Shown: positions 1 through 12,687 of the stretch, one piece after another
How positions within the stretch are numbered: the stretch's first letter is position 1
How the letters are laid out: every line of letters starts with the position of its first letter
DNA from: an uncultured candidatus Porisulfidus sp.
Lineage (GTDB): Bacteria > Pseudomonadota > Gammaproteobacteria > Poriferisulfidales > Poriferisulfidaceae
NCBI GenBank assembly: GCA_965116025.1
Contig: OZ220480.1
Span: forward strand, 160,001-224,000
Direction of reading: 5' to 3'
DNA length: 64,000 nt
Position numbers and translations under genes: made by a program
Notes under the pieces: generated by a model
Seen by the model: only the letters and a program-made list of their open reading frames with translations
What the model was told of the DNA's origin: nothing
Databases searched by the model: none

Positions 1-2480
1 GCGGCCACGGAATTGACTAGATCCCCGGCCTTGATTCGCGCGGTCTGGTCCGGCGTCACCCCGGCCACCAGCGTCACCTTTTCCTTCTCGACCGACGCTA
101 GCACGATCGCCGCGCTGCCCAGCTTGTCCTTGAGTTGGTCCAGCATGCCACGCATCGACTTGACGTCGGCGTCGACCTGAGTGGCCAGCACCTTGATCCC
201 ATCGATTTCCACCGCCCGCCGCGCCAGATCTCCACCAGCCTGACTCACCTGCCGATTCTTAAGCCGTTCCAGCTCTTTCTCGAGAACCTGATTCCGGTCG
301 ACCAGGCGCCGCAATTTCTCACGGAGGTTCCCCGGCTCGGCCCGGATCGCTTCGGCGACGTCGCGCAGCAATTCCTCCCGTTCCCGGACCCAACGGTGCG
401 CCACCGCCCCGGTCAGCGCCTCGACCCGCCGCACCCCGGCGGCGACGCCCGACTCGCTGACGACGCGGAAGAACCCAATGTCCCCGGTGCGCTCGACATG
501 CGTGCCCCCGCACAGCTCTATCGAGAAGTCTCCCATTCGAAGCACCCGGACCTCGTCTCCATACTTGTCGCCGAAAAACGCTAGCGCGCCAGCATCCATC
601 GCTTCCCGAAACGGCATCACGGTCGCTTCCGTCTCGCAGTTTCTTCGAATCGCCGCGTTGACTCTCTCCTCGATCTGGCGCAGCTCCTCCTCCGTCACGG
701 GCCGCGGATGCGAAAAATCGAAGCGAAGCCGATCCGGCGCGACCAGCGAGCCTTTCTGCATCACGTGGGAGCCCAGCGTCTCGCGCAGGGCCGCATGCAT
801 CAGATGCGTGGCGGAATGGTTGAGCACGATCGATTGGCGGCGCTCCGCGTCCACTTCCGCCACCACCGAATCGCCAACGCTCAAGCTTCCCTCTCGCAAC
901 CGGCCAAGATGCAGGTGCGCCTGTCCTCGTTTCCGCGTGTCCAGCACCTCGAACCGAACGTCCGCGCCACGCAACCAGCCGGTATCGCCAACCTGTCCTC
1001 CGGATTCGGCGTAGAACGGGGTTTCCTCCAGCAGCACGGCCGCGTCGGCGCCCGCCTCCAGCGCGCGCGCGCTTCGACCGTCTTGGTACAGCGCGACCAC
1101 CGAACTTTCCTGGACGATCCGCTCATACCCGCTGAAGCGTCCGTCCTGGGCGACATCCCCAAGCTGGGAGTAATCGACCGAGAATTGGGCAGCCTCCCGA
1201 GCGCGGTCGCGTTGCTCATCCATCCGCCGCTCGTAGTCTTTCATATCCACCGTCAAGCCACGCTCCCGGGCGATGTCCCGGGTCAAGTCGATCGGAAAGC
1301 CATACGTGTCGTACAGCAGGAACGCGAGATCCCCAGGAATCTCGCGCTCCCGAATCCGGCTCAGCCCATCCTCCAGCGCCTTCAAACCGGTCTGAAGCGT
1401 TCGCGCGAAACGCTCCTCTTCCCGCGCCAACGTCTCCTCGATCCGTTCGCGAGACTCCGCCAGATCCGGGTAAGCCCCTCCCATCACCTCGACCAGCGGT
1501 CCCACGAGACGGTGGAAGAAAGGCTCGGTCAAGCCGATCTTGTTGCCGTGGCGCAACGCGCGGCGGATGATTCGGCGCAACACGTAGCCCCGTCCCTCGT
1601 TGGACGGAAGCATGCCGTCCATGATCAAGAACCCGCTGGTTCGGATGTGGTCCGCGATCACGTTAATCGACGCGGCTTCCGAGCCATCCGCCACCCTCAC
1701 CATATCCATCACGGCCCGCCGCAACGGCGCGAACAAGTCCGTCTGGTAATTGTCATGCACGCCTTGCAGAACCGCCGCGATTCGCTCCAGTCCCATGCCC
1801 GTATCCACCGAAGGACTCGGCAGCGGCTCCATGTCCCCGTCCACCTCGCGTCGGTATTGCATGAAGACCAGGTTCCAGATCTCGACGAAACGGTCGCTGT
1901 CATCGCCTTGCCCCGGCGGCTTGCCAGGAATCCCCTCACCATGGTCGTAATACACCTCGGAGCAGGGGCCGCATGGTCCGGTGTCCCCCATCGACCAGAA
2001 ATTCTCGTCCGCGCCGAGCCGCGCCAAACGATCCGGACTCACGCCGATATCTTCCCGCCATATCCGTTCCGCCTCGTCATCGTCCCGATACACCGAGACC
2101 CAAAGCCGGTCCGGCGGCAACGCGAGCGTGTCCGTCAAAAACTCCCAGCAATACTGGATCGCTTCCTCCTTGAAATAGTCGCCGAAGCTGAAGTTTCCGA
2201 GCATCTCGAAGAACGTGTGGTGCCGAGCGGTATAGCCGACGTTCTCCAGGTCGTTGTGCTTGCCGCCGGCCCGCGCGCAACGCTGCGCGCTGACCGCTCG
2301 GGGCGGGTCACGGGTTTCATGCCCGAGAAACGTCTCCTTGAACTGCACCATGCCCGCATTGGTGAACAGCAAGCTCAGGTCGTTGGCCGGAATCAACGAG
2401 CTGGAGGGCACGACCTGATGGTCGCGGCTCTCGAAGAAATCCAGAAACGCCTGGCGAATATCGTCGCCGCGCTCAATCAT
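1..2480 (-). CDS. alaS: Alanyl-tRNA synthetase (3' end runs off the window)
   Basis: Manual minus-strand translation from ATG 2480: [48 protein letters not shown], ...[19 protein letters not shown]. Absent from the ORF track because there is no stop in the window. ATGA overlap with recX. Confidence 0.97.
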   Translation of the reverse strand, partial: MIERGDDIRQAFLDFFESRDHQVVPSSSLIPANDLSLLFTNAGMVQFKETFLGHETRDPPRAVSAQRCARAGGKHNDLENVGYTARHHTFFEMLGNFSFGDYFKEEAIQYCWEFLTDTLALPPDRLWVSVYRDDDEAERIWREDIGVSPDRLARLGADENFWSMGDTGPCGPCSEVYYDHGEGIPGKPPGQGDDSDRFVEIWNLVFMQYRREVDGDMEPLPSPSVDTGMGLERIAAVLQGVHDNYQTDLFAPLRRAVMDMVRVADGSEAASINVIADHIRTSGFLIMDGMLPSNEGRGYVLRRIIRRALRHGNKIGLTEPFFHRLVGPLVEVMGGAYPDLAESRERIEETLAREEERFARTLQTGLKALEDGLSRIREREIPGDLAFLLYDTYGFPIDLTRDIARERGLTVDMKDYERRMDEQRDRAREAAQFSVDYSQLGDVAQDGRFSGYERIVQESSVVALYQDGRSARALEAGADAAVLLEETPFYAESGGQVGDTGWLRGADVRFEVLDTRKRGQAHLHLGRLREGSLSVGDSVVAEVDAERRQSIVLNHSATHLMHAALRETLGSHVMQKGSLVAPDRLRFDFSHPRPVTEEELRQIEERVNAAIRRNCETEATVMPFREAMDAGALAFFGDKYGDEVRVLRMGDFSIELCGGTHVERTGDIGFFRVVSESGVAAGVRRVEALTGAVAHRWVREREELLRDVAEAIRAEPGNLREKLRRLVDRNQVLEKELERLKNRQVSQAGGDLARRAVEIDGIKVLATQVDADVKSMRGMLDQLKDKLGSAAIVLASVEKEKVTLVAGVTPDQTARIKAGDLVNSVA

Positions 2481-2917
2481 TCCGTCTCTCCACGAAACGC
2501 CTCCTCGACGGCCCGCCTCGCGACCTCGCCCGGATACCCGCGCTGGGCCAGGAAGCGCAACGCTCGCTCGCGCGACCTCGTTCCTCGCTCCAGCGCCTCG
2601 CGGGCGCGACGCGAGTCCCCCTCTCTCGCCAGCGCCTCGAATTCATGCGCGAGTTCGCGCGACACGCCACGCTCGCGCAGGTCGCGCGACACGCGCAAGC
2701 TGCCATAGCCACGGTCCATTAACGAGCGAGAGCGCGCCTCCGCGAAGCGACGGTCGCTCTGCAGGCCTTCCTCGCGGACCGCCGCCAACGCCTCGTCCAC
2801 CGCCTCAGCGGCGTAGCCTCGCGCCCGTAGCTTGTCGCGCAACTCCCGGCTCGAATGTTCGCGTCGCGCCAGAAGGCTGACCGCTTGCCGCGCGGCGTCA
2901 TGCCTCGGTCGCGGCAT
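2477..2917 (-). CDS. recX: RecX regulator
   Basis: [24 protein letters not shown] and RFLAQRGY motifs; directly downstream of recA. Confidence 0.93.
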   Translation of the reverse strand: MPRPRHDAARQAVSLLARREHSSRELRDKLRARGYAAEAVDEALAAVREEGLQSDRRFAEARSRSLMDRGYGSLRVSRDLRERGVSRELAHEFEALAREGDSRRAREALERGTRSRERALRFLAQRGYPGEVARRAVEEAFRGETE

Positions 2918-3944
2918 GCTCCGGTTCGGCGGTTTCGGATTCGGTCGACTTCTCGTCCGGGAACAGGATCGCCCGCAAGTCGCGCTCCAGCGTGGCGGCG
3001 ATTTCCGGATGCTCGCTCAGATAGAGCCGCGCGTTGTCTTTTCCTTGCCCGATGCGGTCCCCTTGATAGCTATACCAGGCGCCGGATTTCTGGACCAGTC
3101 CATGGTCCACTCCCAGCGTCAGCAACTCGGACAGACGGCTGATGCCCTCGCCGTACCGGATCTCGAATTCGGCCTTCTTGAACGGCGGAGCCATCTTGTT
3201 CTTAACCACCTTCACGCGGGTTTCGTGGCCCATCACCTCCTCTCCCTTCTTGGTGGCCCCGATGCGGCGGATATCCAGACGCACCGACGAGTAGAACTTC
3301 AGGGCGTTGCCGCCAGTGGTGGTCTCGGGATTGCCGAACATGACCCCGATCTTCATGCGCAACTGGTTGATGAACACGACCAGCGCGTTGGACCGCTTGA
3401 TGTTGCCGGCGAGTTTTCGCAGGGCCTGCGACATGAGCCGCGCGTGCAGGCCCATGTGGCTATCCCCCATGCCGCCTTCCAGTTCGGCCCGTGGCGTCAG
3501 CGCCGCGACCGAATCCACCACGATCAGATCAACCGCGCCGGACGTGACCAAGGTGTCAGCGATCTCCATCGCCTGCTCGCCGTGGTCCGGCTGCGAAAGC
3601 AGCAGGTCGTCCACCTGCACGCCCAGATTAGTGGCGTAGCCCGGGTCCAGCGCGTGCTCCGCGTCGATGAAAGCGGCCACGCCACCCTGTCTCTGGCAAT
3701 TGGCGACGACATGCAGGGTCAGCGTGGTCTTGCCGGAAGCCTCCGAGCCGTAGATCTCGACCACCCGGCCTCGTGGCAAGCCGCCGATGCCGAGAGCCGC
3801 GTCCAACGCCAGCGAACCGGTCGGAATGACTTCGACCTCGGGAACCGCCACCCCCTCGCCGAAGCGCATGACCGCTCCTTTGCCGTACTGCCGCTCAATC
3901 TGCCCGAGCGCGGCTTCCAATGCCTTTTTTCTGTCTTTGTCCAT
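2898..3944 (-). CDS. recA: RecA recombinase
   Basis: [42 protein letters not shown]. Confidence 0.99.
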   Translation of the reverse strand: MDKDRKKALEAALGQIERQYGKGAVMRFGEGVAVPEVEVIPTGSLALDAALGIGGLPRGRVVEIYGSEASGKTTLTLHVVANCQRQGGVAAFIDAEHALDPGYATNLGVQVDDLLLSQPDHGEQAMEIADTLVTSGAVDLIVVDSVAALTPRAELEGGMGDSHMGLHARLMSQALRKLAGNIKRSNALVVFINQLRMKIGVMFGNPETTTGGNALKFYSSVRLDIRRIGATKKGEEVMGHETRVKVVKNKMAPPFKKAEFEIRYGEGISRLSELLTLGVDHGLVQKSGAWYSYQGDRIGQGKDNARLYLSEHPEIAATLERDLRAILFPDEKSTESETAEPEHAATEA

Positions 3945-4032
3945 GAGTGAACTGTTTCTCCATCAAGGCGGTTCCGGTTTCGCAGGCGTATTATTCCACA
4001 GGGACCGATCCGGGGCTTGGCGAACGCTGGAT

Positions 4033-4524
4033 TCATGCGGAAGCCTCCTCCGCCAGTCGTCGCAACGCGTGCAGCGTCGACTTCCGCCGCACCGCGTCAC
4101 GCGCTCCAGAGAAATCCTTCCACTCTCCGCGCGCCCTCCCACCCGAGCGGGCGAACGCGAACCAGACGCGCCCCACCGGGACGCGGTCCGTGCCGCCGGC
4201 AGGGCCGGCCACGCCACTGATCGCGCACGCCAAGTCGCAACAGGCCCGCTCCAAAGCCCCACTCGCCATCGCCTCGACCACCGCCTGGGAGACGGCCCCC
4301 TCGCGATGGATCAGCTCACGGCTCACGCCCAGAGACTGATTTTTCGCCTCATCGCTATAGGTGACCCAGCCGCGCTCGAACCAGTCGGAACTGCCTGGCA
4401 AATCAGTGCAGCATTTCGCCAGCCAGCCGCCGGTGCAAGACTCGGCCACCGCGACGCGCGCTCCCCGCTCTCGGCTTCGGTCCGCCAGCGCCTTCGCGGC
4501 CTCAAGCAACGTCGCGTCATCCAT
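4033..4524 (-). CDS. pncC: CinA C-terminal domain / NMN deamidase (PncC)
   Basis: AESCTGG, GAVS and SGVAGP motifs; usual position upstream of recA. Confidence 0.9.
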   Translation of the reverse strand: MDDATLLEAAKALADRSRERGARVAVAESCTGGWLAKCCTDLPGSSDWFERGWVTYSDEAKNQSLGVSRELIHREGAVSQAVVEAMASGALERACCDLACAISGVAGPAGGTDRVPVGRVWFAFARSGGRARGEWKDFSGARDAVRRKSTLHALRRLAEEASA

Positions 4525-5026
4525 AGGTCAATCTTACCCGCTCGCCATTCGGGAGATACTGGAATTAACGCGCATCAAGGAATGTCGAAGATCTTTACGG
4601 CGCGCGGTTTCCGCGACCTGATGAACAACGTCGCGACCCTCGCGCGGGAGCCGGACTTGAATCACGAGTCCCAAGCATGCATCTTCACATCAAAACCTGA
4701 CCTATGCGACGTTAGATGTCGGGCTATTCGGAGCGAGTTCCGATCGGAACTCACCCGACGACGCCCGTGAATTTCATATCTCCAAGCGGAAAACCTAGAA
4801 AAATCAACGCCCCGCGCGCCCATCGCGCCGACGAGCCCCGGCCAAGAGTCCAAAAAAGCGAGAGCCTAGACGTTCCATAGCGTTGATTTCCTTGGAAAAA
4901 GCGCGAGCGTGGGCAAGCGACCCGATTCCCGCCTCCGGGAGCTCGTGTAAGATAGCCACAAGCCATTCCAAAGCCCCCAAGAGAAGCCCCTCTCCTCAAT
5001 TTCCACTCGGCAAGGATGACACTCGC

Positions 5027-5440
5027 GTGAGCCCCAGCCCGAACGCCCAGCGAAAGCCTGAGCCCGACCCCGCCGCGCGGGAACCGGGATGGCCGCGACC
5101 ACACTTTGATACCATGAAGGCGGCGGGAGGCTTGGTGGAAGCGGGATTCAACGGGCGGCAGGCGAAGGCCATCGTCAACGTCATTCAGGGCGCGCAAGGC
5201 GAGCTGGCCACCAAGGCCGACCTGGACCAAATGGAGTCCAAGCTTGAAGGCAAGATGGAGAAGATGGAGGCCGGCATCCGCTCCGACATGAAAGATATGG
5301 AGAACCGTCTGGAGAAATCGATGCATGAGCTCCAGCTGGACATGAACGCCAAGTTCCAGAGGACGCTGGGCTTCCTTCTACTGGCGATCGGCGCGGCGAC
5401 GGGCATCGTCAGCGCGGTGGTGGTCTTGGCGATCAGGTAA
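5027..5440 (+). CDS. DUF1640/CCDC90-like coiled-coil protein with C-terminal TM helix
   Basis: FDTMKA...EAGF...QAKAI...ELATKADL pattern, heptad coiled coil, hydrophobic C-terminus. GTG 5027 follows AAGGA; the start is uncertain. Confidence 0.65.
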   Translation: MSPSPNAQRKPEPDPAAREPGWPRPHFDTMKAAGGLVEAGFNGRQAKAIVNVIQGAQGELATKADLDQMESKLEGKMEKMEAGIRSDMKDMENRLEKSMHELQLDMNAKFQRTLGFLLLAIGAATGIVSAVVVLAIR

Positions 5441-5643
5441 GCGCGCCTCGTAGCGAGGAAACTGGAACGAGAGGCGGAACCCCGCGCTATCCAATATCCA
5501 AAGGCGTTCCGCGAAGTCGGGCGCGCGGTAGATGGCTGTCAAGGCGTTTACCATTGCGCGGCCATGGTCTCGACCATCGAGGGAAACCATACTTATTGCC
5601 GGGAGATCTACGAGAACAACGTCCTCGGCGCGCGCAACCTCTT

Positions 5644-6050
5644 CCCGACTTCGACGGTTTAGCGATCAAACGCTAGGAAAATCAACGACCCGACTTTTCG
5701 CTAGGCACTACATCAGCGCCTTCGAGGGGGCTGGGAGCGAGGATTATCTGGAGGCCGGGTCGAGCGCGAACGGCTCCCGGTCGTGGGTCTGGCCCGCCAC
5801 CCGATACAGCTTGCGACCCAAGTGGCTGCCTTCGACGGCATCTCGTAGAGGCGCCCGGTGTCCCTGTGCTGAAGCACGCTGTGCTGGACATGCGTCAGGG
5901 CGTACCGGATCCGTTCCGGCGAGACCCGCTCGCCCTGCTGCGGCGGGCATCACGCGGTGTTGCAGATGCTGGGCGCACAGCATGGTCATTGAACGCGATC
6001 AAGACATGCGCGCGAACGCGCCGCGGGATCCAGTGGAAAATCGTACGCGC
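5644..6050 (-). mobile_element. Decayed 3' end of an IS1634-family element (frameshifted transposase C-terminus plus terminal repeat)
   Basis: Joining minus frames gives RTIFHWIPRRVRAHVLIAF/MTMLCAQHLQHRV/QQGERVSPERIRYALTHVQHSVLQHRDTGRLYEMPS/GRKLYRVAG, resembling the IS1634 RPIFHW..RVRAH C-terminus. End-like sequence CCCGACTTCGACGGTTT at 5644. Confidence 0.7.
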
Positions 6051-6123
6051 TCGCCCTCGCGCGCAATAATGCATGGAAAACCGATTTCCCGATATAAAGA
6101 AATTTTGACAAAATAAGGGGACT

Positions 6124-8724
6124 ATGGTAGCGAAGCAGACTCCACTGTTGACTCCCTCCAAGCCGAATAATCAGCATACTCCCATCATGCGCCAATACCT
6201 TAAGTTCAAGGCGCGTTATCCCAAGCACCTCCTGCTCTACCGCATGGGAGATTTCTACGAGTTGTTTTTCGAGGACGCCAAGCGCGGCTCCGAGTTGCTG
6301 GACATCGCGCTGACCGAGCGCGGGCGCTCCATGGGAAAACCCATTCCCATGGCGGGGATCCCGGTAGTCTCGATCGATACCTACCTCGCGAAACTGGTTC
6401 ATATGGGAGAGTCCGCGGTGATCTGCGAACAGGTCGGCGAAACCCCATCCGGGCAGGGACCTATGGAGCGCCGAATCTCGCGCATCGTCACGCCCGGCAC
6501 CTTGGTCGAGGACGAATTGCTGGAATCGGGGCGCGATGCCCTGCTTCTCGCGCTATCGCTGAACTCCTCGATCGGGCTGGCCAGCCTGAACCTGAGTTCG
6601 GGCCTCTTCAACGTGATGGAGCTTCCCTCCGTGGAAGAGCTGCGCGCCGAGCTGGAGCGCCTGCACCCAGCGGAGATTCTGTACCCGGAATCCTGCGCGC
6701 CTCCCCCGTGGGAAGGCGCGCGCTTGCGGCCGCTCCCGGACTGGCATTTCGATGTCGAGACCGCGACCCGACTGCTGTGTCAGCAGATGCAAGTTCACGA
6801 CCTATCGGCCTTCGACTGCCAAGACGCGCCCTCCGCCATCGGGGCCGCCGGGGCCCTGCTGTACTACGCCCGGGAGGCGCAACAGGCGGCGCTGCCGCAT
6901 ATCATGCGCCTGCGCCGCGAACGGCGCGACGCCCATGTCTATCTTGATGCCGCCACCCGACGCAATCTCGAACTGGAGCGGGCTCTCTCCGGGGATCCCC
7001 GGCATAGCCTGCTCGGCGTGCTGGACAAGACCGTCACGGCCATGGGGCGCCGCTGTCTCGGTCGATGGATCCAGTCCCCTCTTCGCGACCGAGAAACTCT
7101 GGCGACGCGCCAGCGGATCGTTTCCCATTTGCTGAATGGAACGCATCGGAATCCGATCCAAGAGCAACTACGAAAAGCTTCCGACATTGAGCGCGTGATC
7201 GCTCGCATCGCCCTCTGCAGCGCTTCTCCTCGAGATCTGCGCGGGCTGTCCCAAACCTTGAGACTTCTACCAGATCTGCGCCGCTTGCTGGAGGACACCG
7301 GCGCAGAGGAATTCGAGCGCTACCGCGCCGACTTGCGATCCGACCCACGGTTAGCCGAGCGCCTCGCCTCAGCGCTCGCGGACAATCCTCCCCCGACCCT
7401 CCGCGATGGAGGCGCGATCGCTCCGGGCTTCGACGCTGAGCTCGATGAACTGCGCGAGTTGTCGCAGGGAGCCGACGCCCTCTTGTCGGAGATGGAGGCG
7501 ACCGAGCGGGAGCGCACCGGCATCGCGCAACTCAAGATCGCCTACAACAGGGTGCACGGCTATTACATAGAGATCCCACGCGCCCAAGCCACGCGCGCTC
7601 CTGACCACTACCAGCGCAGGCAAACGCTCAAGAACTGCGAGCGCTACCTAACGCCAAAGCTGAAAGAATTCGAGGGCCGGATCCTGAGCGCGCGCGGCCG
7701 GTCGCTCGAGCGGGAAAAAAGAGTGTATCAGGAACTGCTGGAGAGTCTGGCCCCGCATCTGGCCCACTTCCAACGTTACGCGGTGGCGCTCTCCGAGCTG
7801 GACACGCTTTGCTGCTTCGCCGAGCACGCCCAAGCGCATCGCTACTGCTGCCCCGAACTGGTCGATGAGCCTGGCGTCGAAATCCAGGCGGGCCGCCATC
7901 CGGTCATCGAGCTGATCTGGAACGAGCCATTCGTGCCAAACGACACGTCGATTTCCGAACGACGGCGCCTGCTGCTCATCACCGGACCGAACATGGGAGG
8001 CAAGTCCACCTACATGAGGCAGACCGCGCTGATCGTCCTGATGGCACACATCGGCAGCCACGTGCCCGCCGACCGGGCCCGGATTGGTCCCGTCGATCGC
8101 ATCTTCACCCGCATCGGGGCGTCCGACGACCTCACTTCCGGGCGCTCCACCTTCATGGTCGAGATGACGGAGGCGGCCAACATCCTGCATCACGCCTCCG
8201 AATCCAGCCTGGTGCTGATGGACGAGATCGGCCGGGGCACCAGCACCTTCGACGGCATGGCGCTGGCGCTAGGCTGCGCCGAGCGCCTGGCGACCCATAA
8301 TCGAGCCCTCACCCTGTTCTCCACGCACTACCTCGAGCTGACTCAGCTAGCGGAGACTCACCCTGAGATCGTCAACCTGCACTTGGACGCCACGATGCAC
8401 GGCCAGCAGATCGTCTTCCTGCATACTATCAAGGACGGACCGGCCAGCCAGAGCTATGGCCTGCAGGTAGCGCGCTTGGCGGGCGTTCCCCCGGACGTGA
8501 TCCAGCGAGCGCAGACGTACCTGCTGGAGCTTGAGGACGACAGCGTCCAACGCTGGGCCCGCGACAACCAGCAAAAAGACTTGTTCCTCAACCCGCCCGA
8601 ACCGCCACCCGTCTCGATGGCGCTGCAGCGTCTCCGACAGGTAGGCGCTGATCAATTATCACCTAGGGAAGCCCTGGATCTAGTCTATGAACTGCAGAAG
8701 CTGGACGTTCCCACGGATGACTGA
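6124..8724 (+). CDS. mutS: DNA mismatch repair protein MutS
   Basis: [40 protein letters not shown]. Confidence 0.99.
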   Translation: MVAKQTPLLTPSKPNNQHTPIMRQYLKFKARYPKHLLLYRMGDFYELFFEDAKRGSELLDIALTERGRSMGKPIPMAGIPVVSIDTYLAKLVHMGESAVICEQVGETPSGQGPMERRISRIVTPGTLVEDELLESGRDALLLALSLNSSIGLASLNLSSGLFNVMELPSVEELRAELERLHPAEILYPESCAPPPWEGARLRPLPDWHFDVETATRLLCQQMQVHDLSAFDCQDAPSAIGAAGALLYYAREAQQAALPHIMRLRRERRDAHVYLDAATRRNLELERALSGDPRHSLLGVLDKTVTAMGRRCLGRWIQSPLRDRETLATRQRIVSHLLNGTHRNPIQEQLRKASDIERVIARIALCSASPRDLRGLSQTLRLLPDLRRLLEDTGAEEFERYRADLRSDPRLAERLASALADNPPPTLRDGGAIAPGFDAELDELRELSQGADALLSEMEATERERTGIAQLKIAYNRVHGYYIEIPRAQATRAPDHYQRRQTLKNCERYLTPKLKEFEGRILSARGRSLEREKRVYQELLESLAPHLAHFQRYAVALSELDTLCCFAEHAQAHRYCCPELVDEPGVEIQAGRHPVIELIWNEPFVPNDTSISERRRLLLITGPNMGGKSTYMRQTALIVLMAHIGSHVPADRARIGPVDRIFTRIGASDDLTSGRSTFMVEMTEAANILHHASESSLVLMDEIGRGTSTFDGMALALGCAERLATHNRALTLFSTHYLELTQLAETHPEIVNLHLDATMHGQQIVFLHTIKDGPASQSYGLQVARLAGVPPDVIQRAQTYLLELEDDSVQRWARDNQQKDLFLNPPEPPPVSMALQRLRQVGADQLSPREALDLVYELQKLDVPTDD

Positions 8725-8758
8725 CGCGAGCGCGTTTCGCGCTTTCCGGTAGAGCCAA

Positions 8759-10990
8759 ATGCGGCTTAGGCCACTCTTGCTTTCGGCATGCCGAAAAGTC
8801 GCCGCCCCATGGACGCGACTGTACCGGAATATCCGGCGGGGAGCGGCGCGGCTTCCCGAAGAACTGGTCGAGCGAGGCCCGCGCGTCCAGGCGAGCGCCC
8901 GATACGGGGGAATGGGCGAGCGGGAGCTGGAGCTGCGCATGGAACGAATCGTCGAGCGCATGCTTTCCAGCCGTCACAGCATGCATGAGCCAGCGAAGCG
9001 ACTCGCCATCTTCAACCACTTCGAGCAACGCCGCTTCCTCAAAGCCGGGCGGGACCTGGCCCGTCTCGAGCCCAAACTCGCCTACCAGTTCTTCCACCAT
9101 GGCATTCCCTCGCTCCGGATGATCGATGAGGAGCGCTGGGATGACTGGCTCGAACATCTGCGCTCCTGTCATGGCCTCGCCGGCATCGACGGAGCCGTGG
9201 AGGCCATGCGGCAAGTGGAGACCTATCTGCGGAATACGCTTGGCGACAGCCAGAGCGTTCGGCTGAGCGACGTGGACCAACTGATCGAATCGCTGCTGCT
9301 CGGCTTCGGCGGGAGGCCCTTGAAGGTCAAATCCGCGCCCGAGCCCTACACGGACACGGAGACCGTCTATCTCCCGGATTCGCTTAGCGCCTGCGATACC
9401 CGCGAAGAGAATTTCGATCTGCTCAAGGCGACCGCCGCGCACCTGTGGGCGCAAACCCGTTATGGAACGTACCGCGCGTCACCGGATGCCTTCTCCCGCT
9501 ATTCGGACCGCGCGCGAGCGCGGCGGTACTTTCGCGCGCTGGAAACCTTGCGGCTGGAATCCAAGATCCAGCGCGACATGCCTGGCATCGGCCGCGTGCT
9601 CCAGCGCCACAACCCTCCCGACTCATGGGCTGACCTGCCCGCCGAATGGGCGAGCGCCATCCAAGAGATCTCGCGCCCGCGGGCCACAGTGGAAGATTCC
9701 CTGCGCCTGCTCGAGACGCTGTACCCGACAGTGACGGCGTTGCCGGAAATTCCTTACCAAGGCGCGTTGCGGCCCGAGCTCGCGGCCGACGTCATGAACC
9801 AGCGAATCGAGGAGGAGCGGCATCAACTGGCGAGCGCCCTGCTTGGCATGCGGCGCGACCTGTCTCCCTTTCAGTCCGAGGGCGCGCGAAGCGAGCGCTT
9901 CACCGCGCGCAGAGAACCGGACCAGATAGCCGACGAGTTCTCGTTCTCTCTGGAGTTCGGCGACGAGACCGTCACGCCGCCGGAGGAAGTCCAGAAGTTG
10001 CTGGAATCCATCGTTCAGGATCTCGGGGACCTTCCCGACGAATACCTGGAACCAACCGACGCGAGCGCCTATCCTCCGACATCGGAAGAGCGGGACCCCC
10101 CCTCTTCCACACCGGAAGACGCCCACTACGTCTATCCGGAATGGGACCATTCCCGTCAGAAATACCGGACGAACTGGTGCCAGTTGCGCGACCGCCCGAT
10201 CACGGGCTCCAGCGAGCGGTTCGCTCTGGACACGATGGCCCGGCACCGCCGCCTGCTCACCGGGCTCCGCCGCTCGTTCGAGGCCCTGCGCGACGAGGAG
10301 CGACGAGTCCGCCGGGAAACGCACGGCGATGAAATCGACCTGGACAGTTTCATCCACGCGTACGGCGATTATGTCAGCGGCTCGGAGATGGACGAGCGGC
10401 TGTTCACCCGGGTGAAAAAGCTGGAGCGCGACATCGCCGCGGTGTTTCTCATTGACATGAGCGCGTCAACCTCCGGCTGGGTCAACGACCTCACGCGCGA
10501 GGCGCTGGTTCTGCTATGCGGCGCGCTGGAGGCTTTGGGCGACCGCTACGCGATCTACGGATTCTCCGGCAAAACCCATCGCGGCTGCGAGCTGTACCCG
10601 ATCAAGACCCTGGATGAGCCCTACGACGGCGACACGCGACGGCGCATCAGCGGCATCACGCCCCGAAGCTACACCCGGATGGGCGTCATGATCCGCCACG
10701 CCACGCGCTTGCTGAAGGATACGGAAGCGCGCACCCGATTGCTGATCACGCTGTCCGACGGAAAGCCGGATGACCAGGACGGCTATCGAGGCAGCTATGG
10801 AATCGAGGACACGCGCCAGGCCCTGAACGAGGCCCGGTATTTGGGAATCCACCCGTATTGCATTACCATAGACAAGGAAGGCATGGAGTATCTCCCGCAC
10901 ATGTTCGGAGCCTCCAGCTTCGCCGTGGTCAGCGATCTTCGAAAGCTCCCGGCCAAAGTATCAGACATCTACCGTCGCATCACTCTATGA
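8759..10990 (+). CDS. CbbO/NorD-type von Willebrand factor A domain protein (true start may be 150-180 bp downstream)
   Basis: YPEWD..RQKYRTNWC, MIDAS motif DMSAST, YTRMG..IRHA, LSDGKP, GIEDTRQA. Confidence 0.85.
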   Translation: MRLRPLLLSACRKVAAPWTRLYRNIRRGAARLPEELVERGPRVQASARYGGMGERELELRMERIVERMLSSRHSMHEPAKRLAIFNHFEQRRFLKAGRDLARLEPKLAYQFFHHGIPSLRMIDEERWDDWLEHLRSCHGLAGIDGAVEAMRQVETYLRNTLGDSQSVRLSDVDQLIESLLLGFGGRPLKVKSAPEPYTDTETVYLPDSLSACDTREENFDLLKATAAHLWAQTRYGTYRASPDAFSRYSDRARARRYFRALETLRLESKIQRDMPGIGRVLQRHNPPDSWADLPAEWASAIQEISRPRATVEDSLRLLETLYPTVTALPEIPYQGALRPELAADVMNQRIEEERHQLASALLGMRRDLSPFQSEGARSERFTARREPDQIADEFSFSLEFGDETVTPPEEVQKLLESIVQDLGDLPDEYLEPTDASAYPPTSEERDPPSSTPEDAHYVYPEWDHSRQKYRTNWCQLRDRPITGSSERFALDTMARHRRLLTGLRRSFEALRDEERRVRRETHGDEIDLDSFIHAYGDYVSGSEMDERLFTRVKKLERDIAAVFLIDMSASTSGWVNDLTREALVLLCGALEALGDRYAIYGFSGKTHRGCELYPIKTLDEPYDGDTRRRISGITPRSYTRMGVMIRHATRLLKDTEARTRLLITLSDGKPDDQDGYRGSYGIEDTRQALNEARYLGIHPYCITIDKEGMEYLPHMFGASSFAVVSDLRKLPAKVSDIYRRITL

Positions 10991-11724
10991 ACTCTCTCCA
11001 ACATCGCGGAATCCGCTTGTGCATGGCGTTGACGATGGCGCTCGCGTCGGTCGGTTGCCAAAACGACTTTCTCAGTAGCCAAGACATCCCCGAAGGGGTC
11101 AAGGAAATGGGCAAGACCAGCGTGGACTACGCGCTGGACGCGCACCTGAACGCCACCACCGATGGACTCGAGGCGCTCATGCGGGAGCTGTACCGGATGA
11201 ATCCCGAGGAGTTGGCCAAAGTGCCCGACGCCACGGTCGACGACCGGCTGACGTTGCTGTTGCCGGACCGCACGTACGACGAATTGCGCTTTGGAGAATT
11301 GAACAGCCACCGCGGCACCGAGGCCATGCAGTTCGCTTTCGAGCCCCGCTTCATCGGGGACCGGGTGTTCGCCCTGATGGTGGGGCTAGTCAGCCAGATG
11401 CGGGTCGCGTACAACGACAAGCTGGAGTTTTTCGCCCTGAACCGGCTGGATCCCCAGAACATCGAGAACTTCGCCGACAACCTGGAAATCGTTCGCGTCA
11501 GCCTCAAGCGCAGAACCGCCGCGGACGGCTCGCCCCTTCTGCTTCATGAGGGAGAGATGCCGCTCCAGGAGTCGGGTTTGCCATACCCCTCCGCCGAGCA
11601 GATTCTGGATCAGCTCATTGGCCACCAGCGGGTGCTGGTCACCATCACGAACAAATGGCGAGACCGCGCCAACCAAACCGCCATTCGGGCGATGGGCGCG
11701 ATCATCCTGTTGCCCATACCCTAA
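10987..11724 (+). CDS. Hypothetical lipoprotein
   Basis: ATG overlaps the VWA-gene stop; signal peptide ending LASVG-C (lipobox). Confidence 0.7.
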   Translation: MNSLQHRGIRLCMALTMALASVGCQNDFLSSQDIPEGVKEMGKTSVDYALDAHLNATTDGLEALMRELYRMNPEELAKVPDATVDDRLTLLLPDRTYDELRFGELNSHRGTEAMQFAFEPRFIGDRVFALMVGLVSQMRVAYNDKLEFFALNRLDPQNIENFADNLEIVRVSLKRRTAADGSPLLLHEGEMPLQESGLPYPSAEQILDQLIGHQRVLVTITNKWRDRANQTAIRAMGAIILLPIP

Positions 11725-11728
11725 ACGC

Positions 11729-12687
<959 letters not shown>

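Noticed and set aside
708-2708. 666-aa plus-strand ORF, and similar long ORFs opposite recA, murA, carB, nusA, infB and the porins
   Set aside because: Antisense or off-frame shadows of real high-GC genes; the true gene here is alaS on the minus strand.
3945-4035. LexA box upstream of recA
   Set aside because: No CTG-N10-CAG match found.
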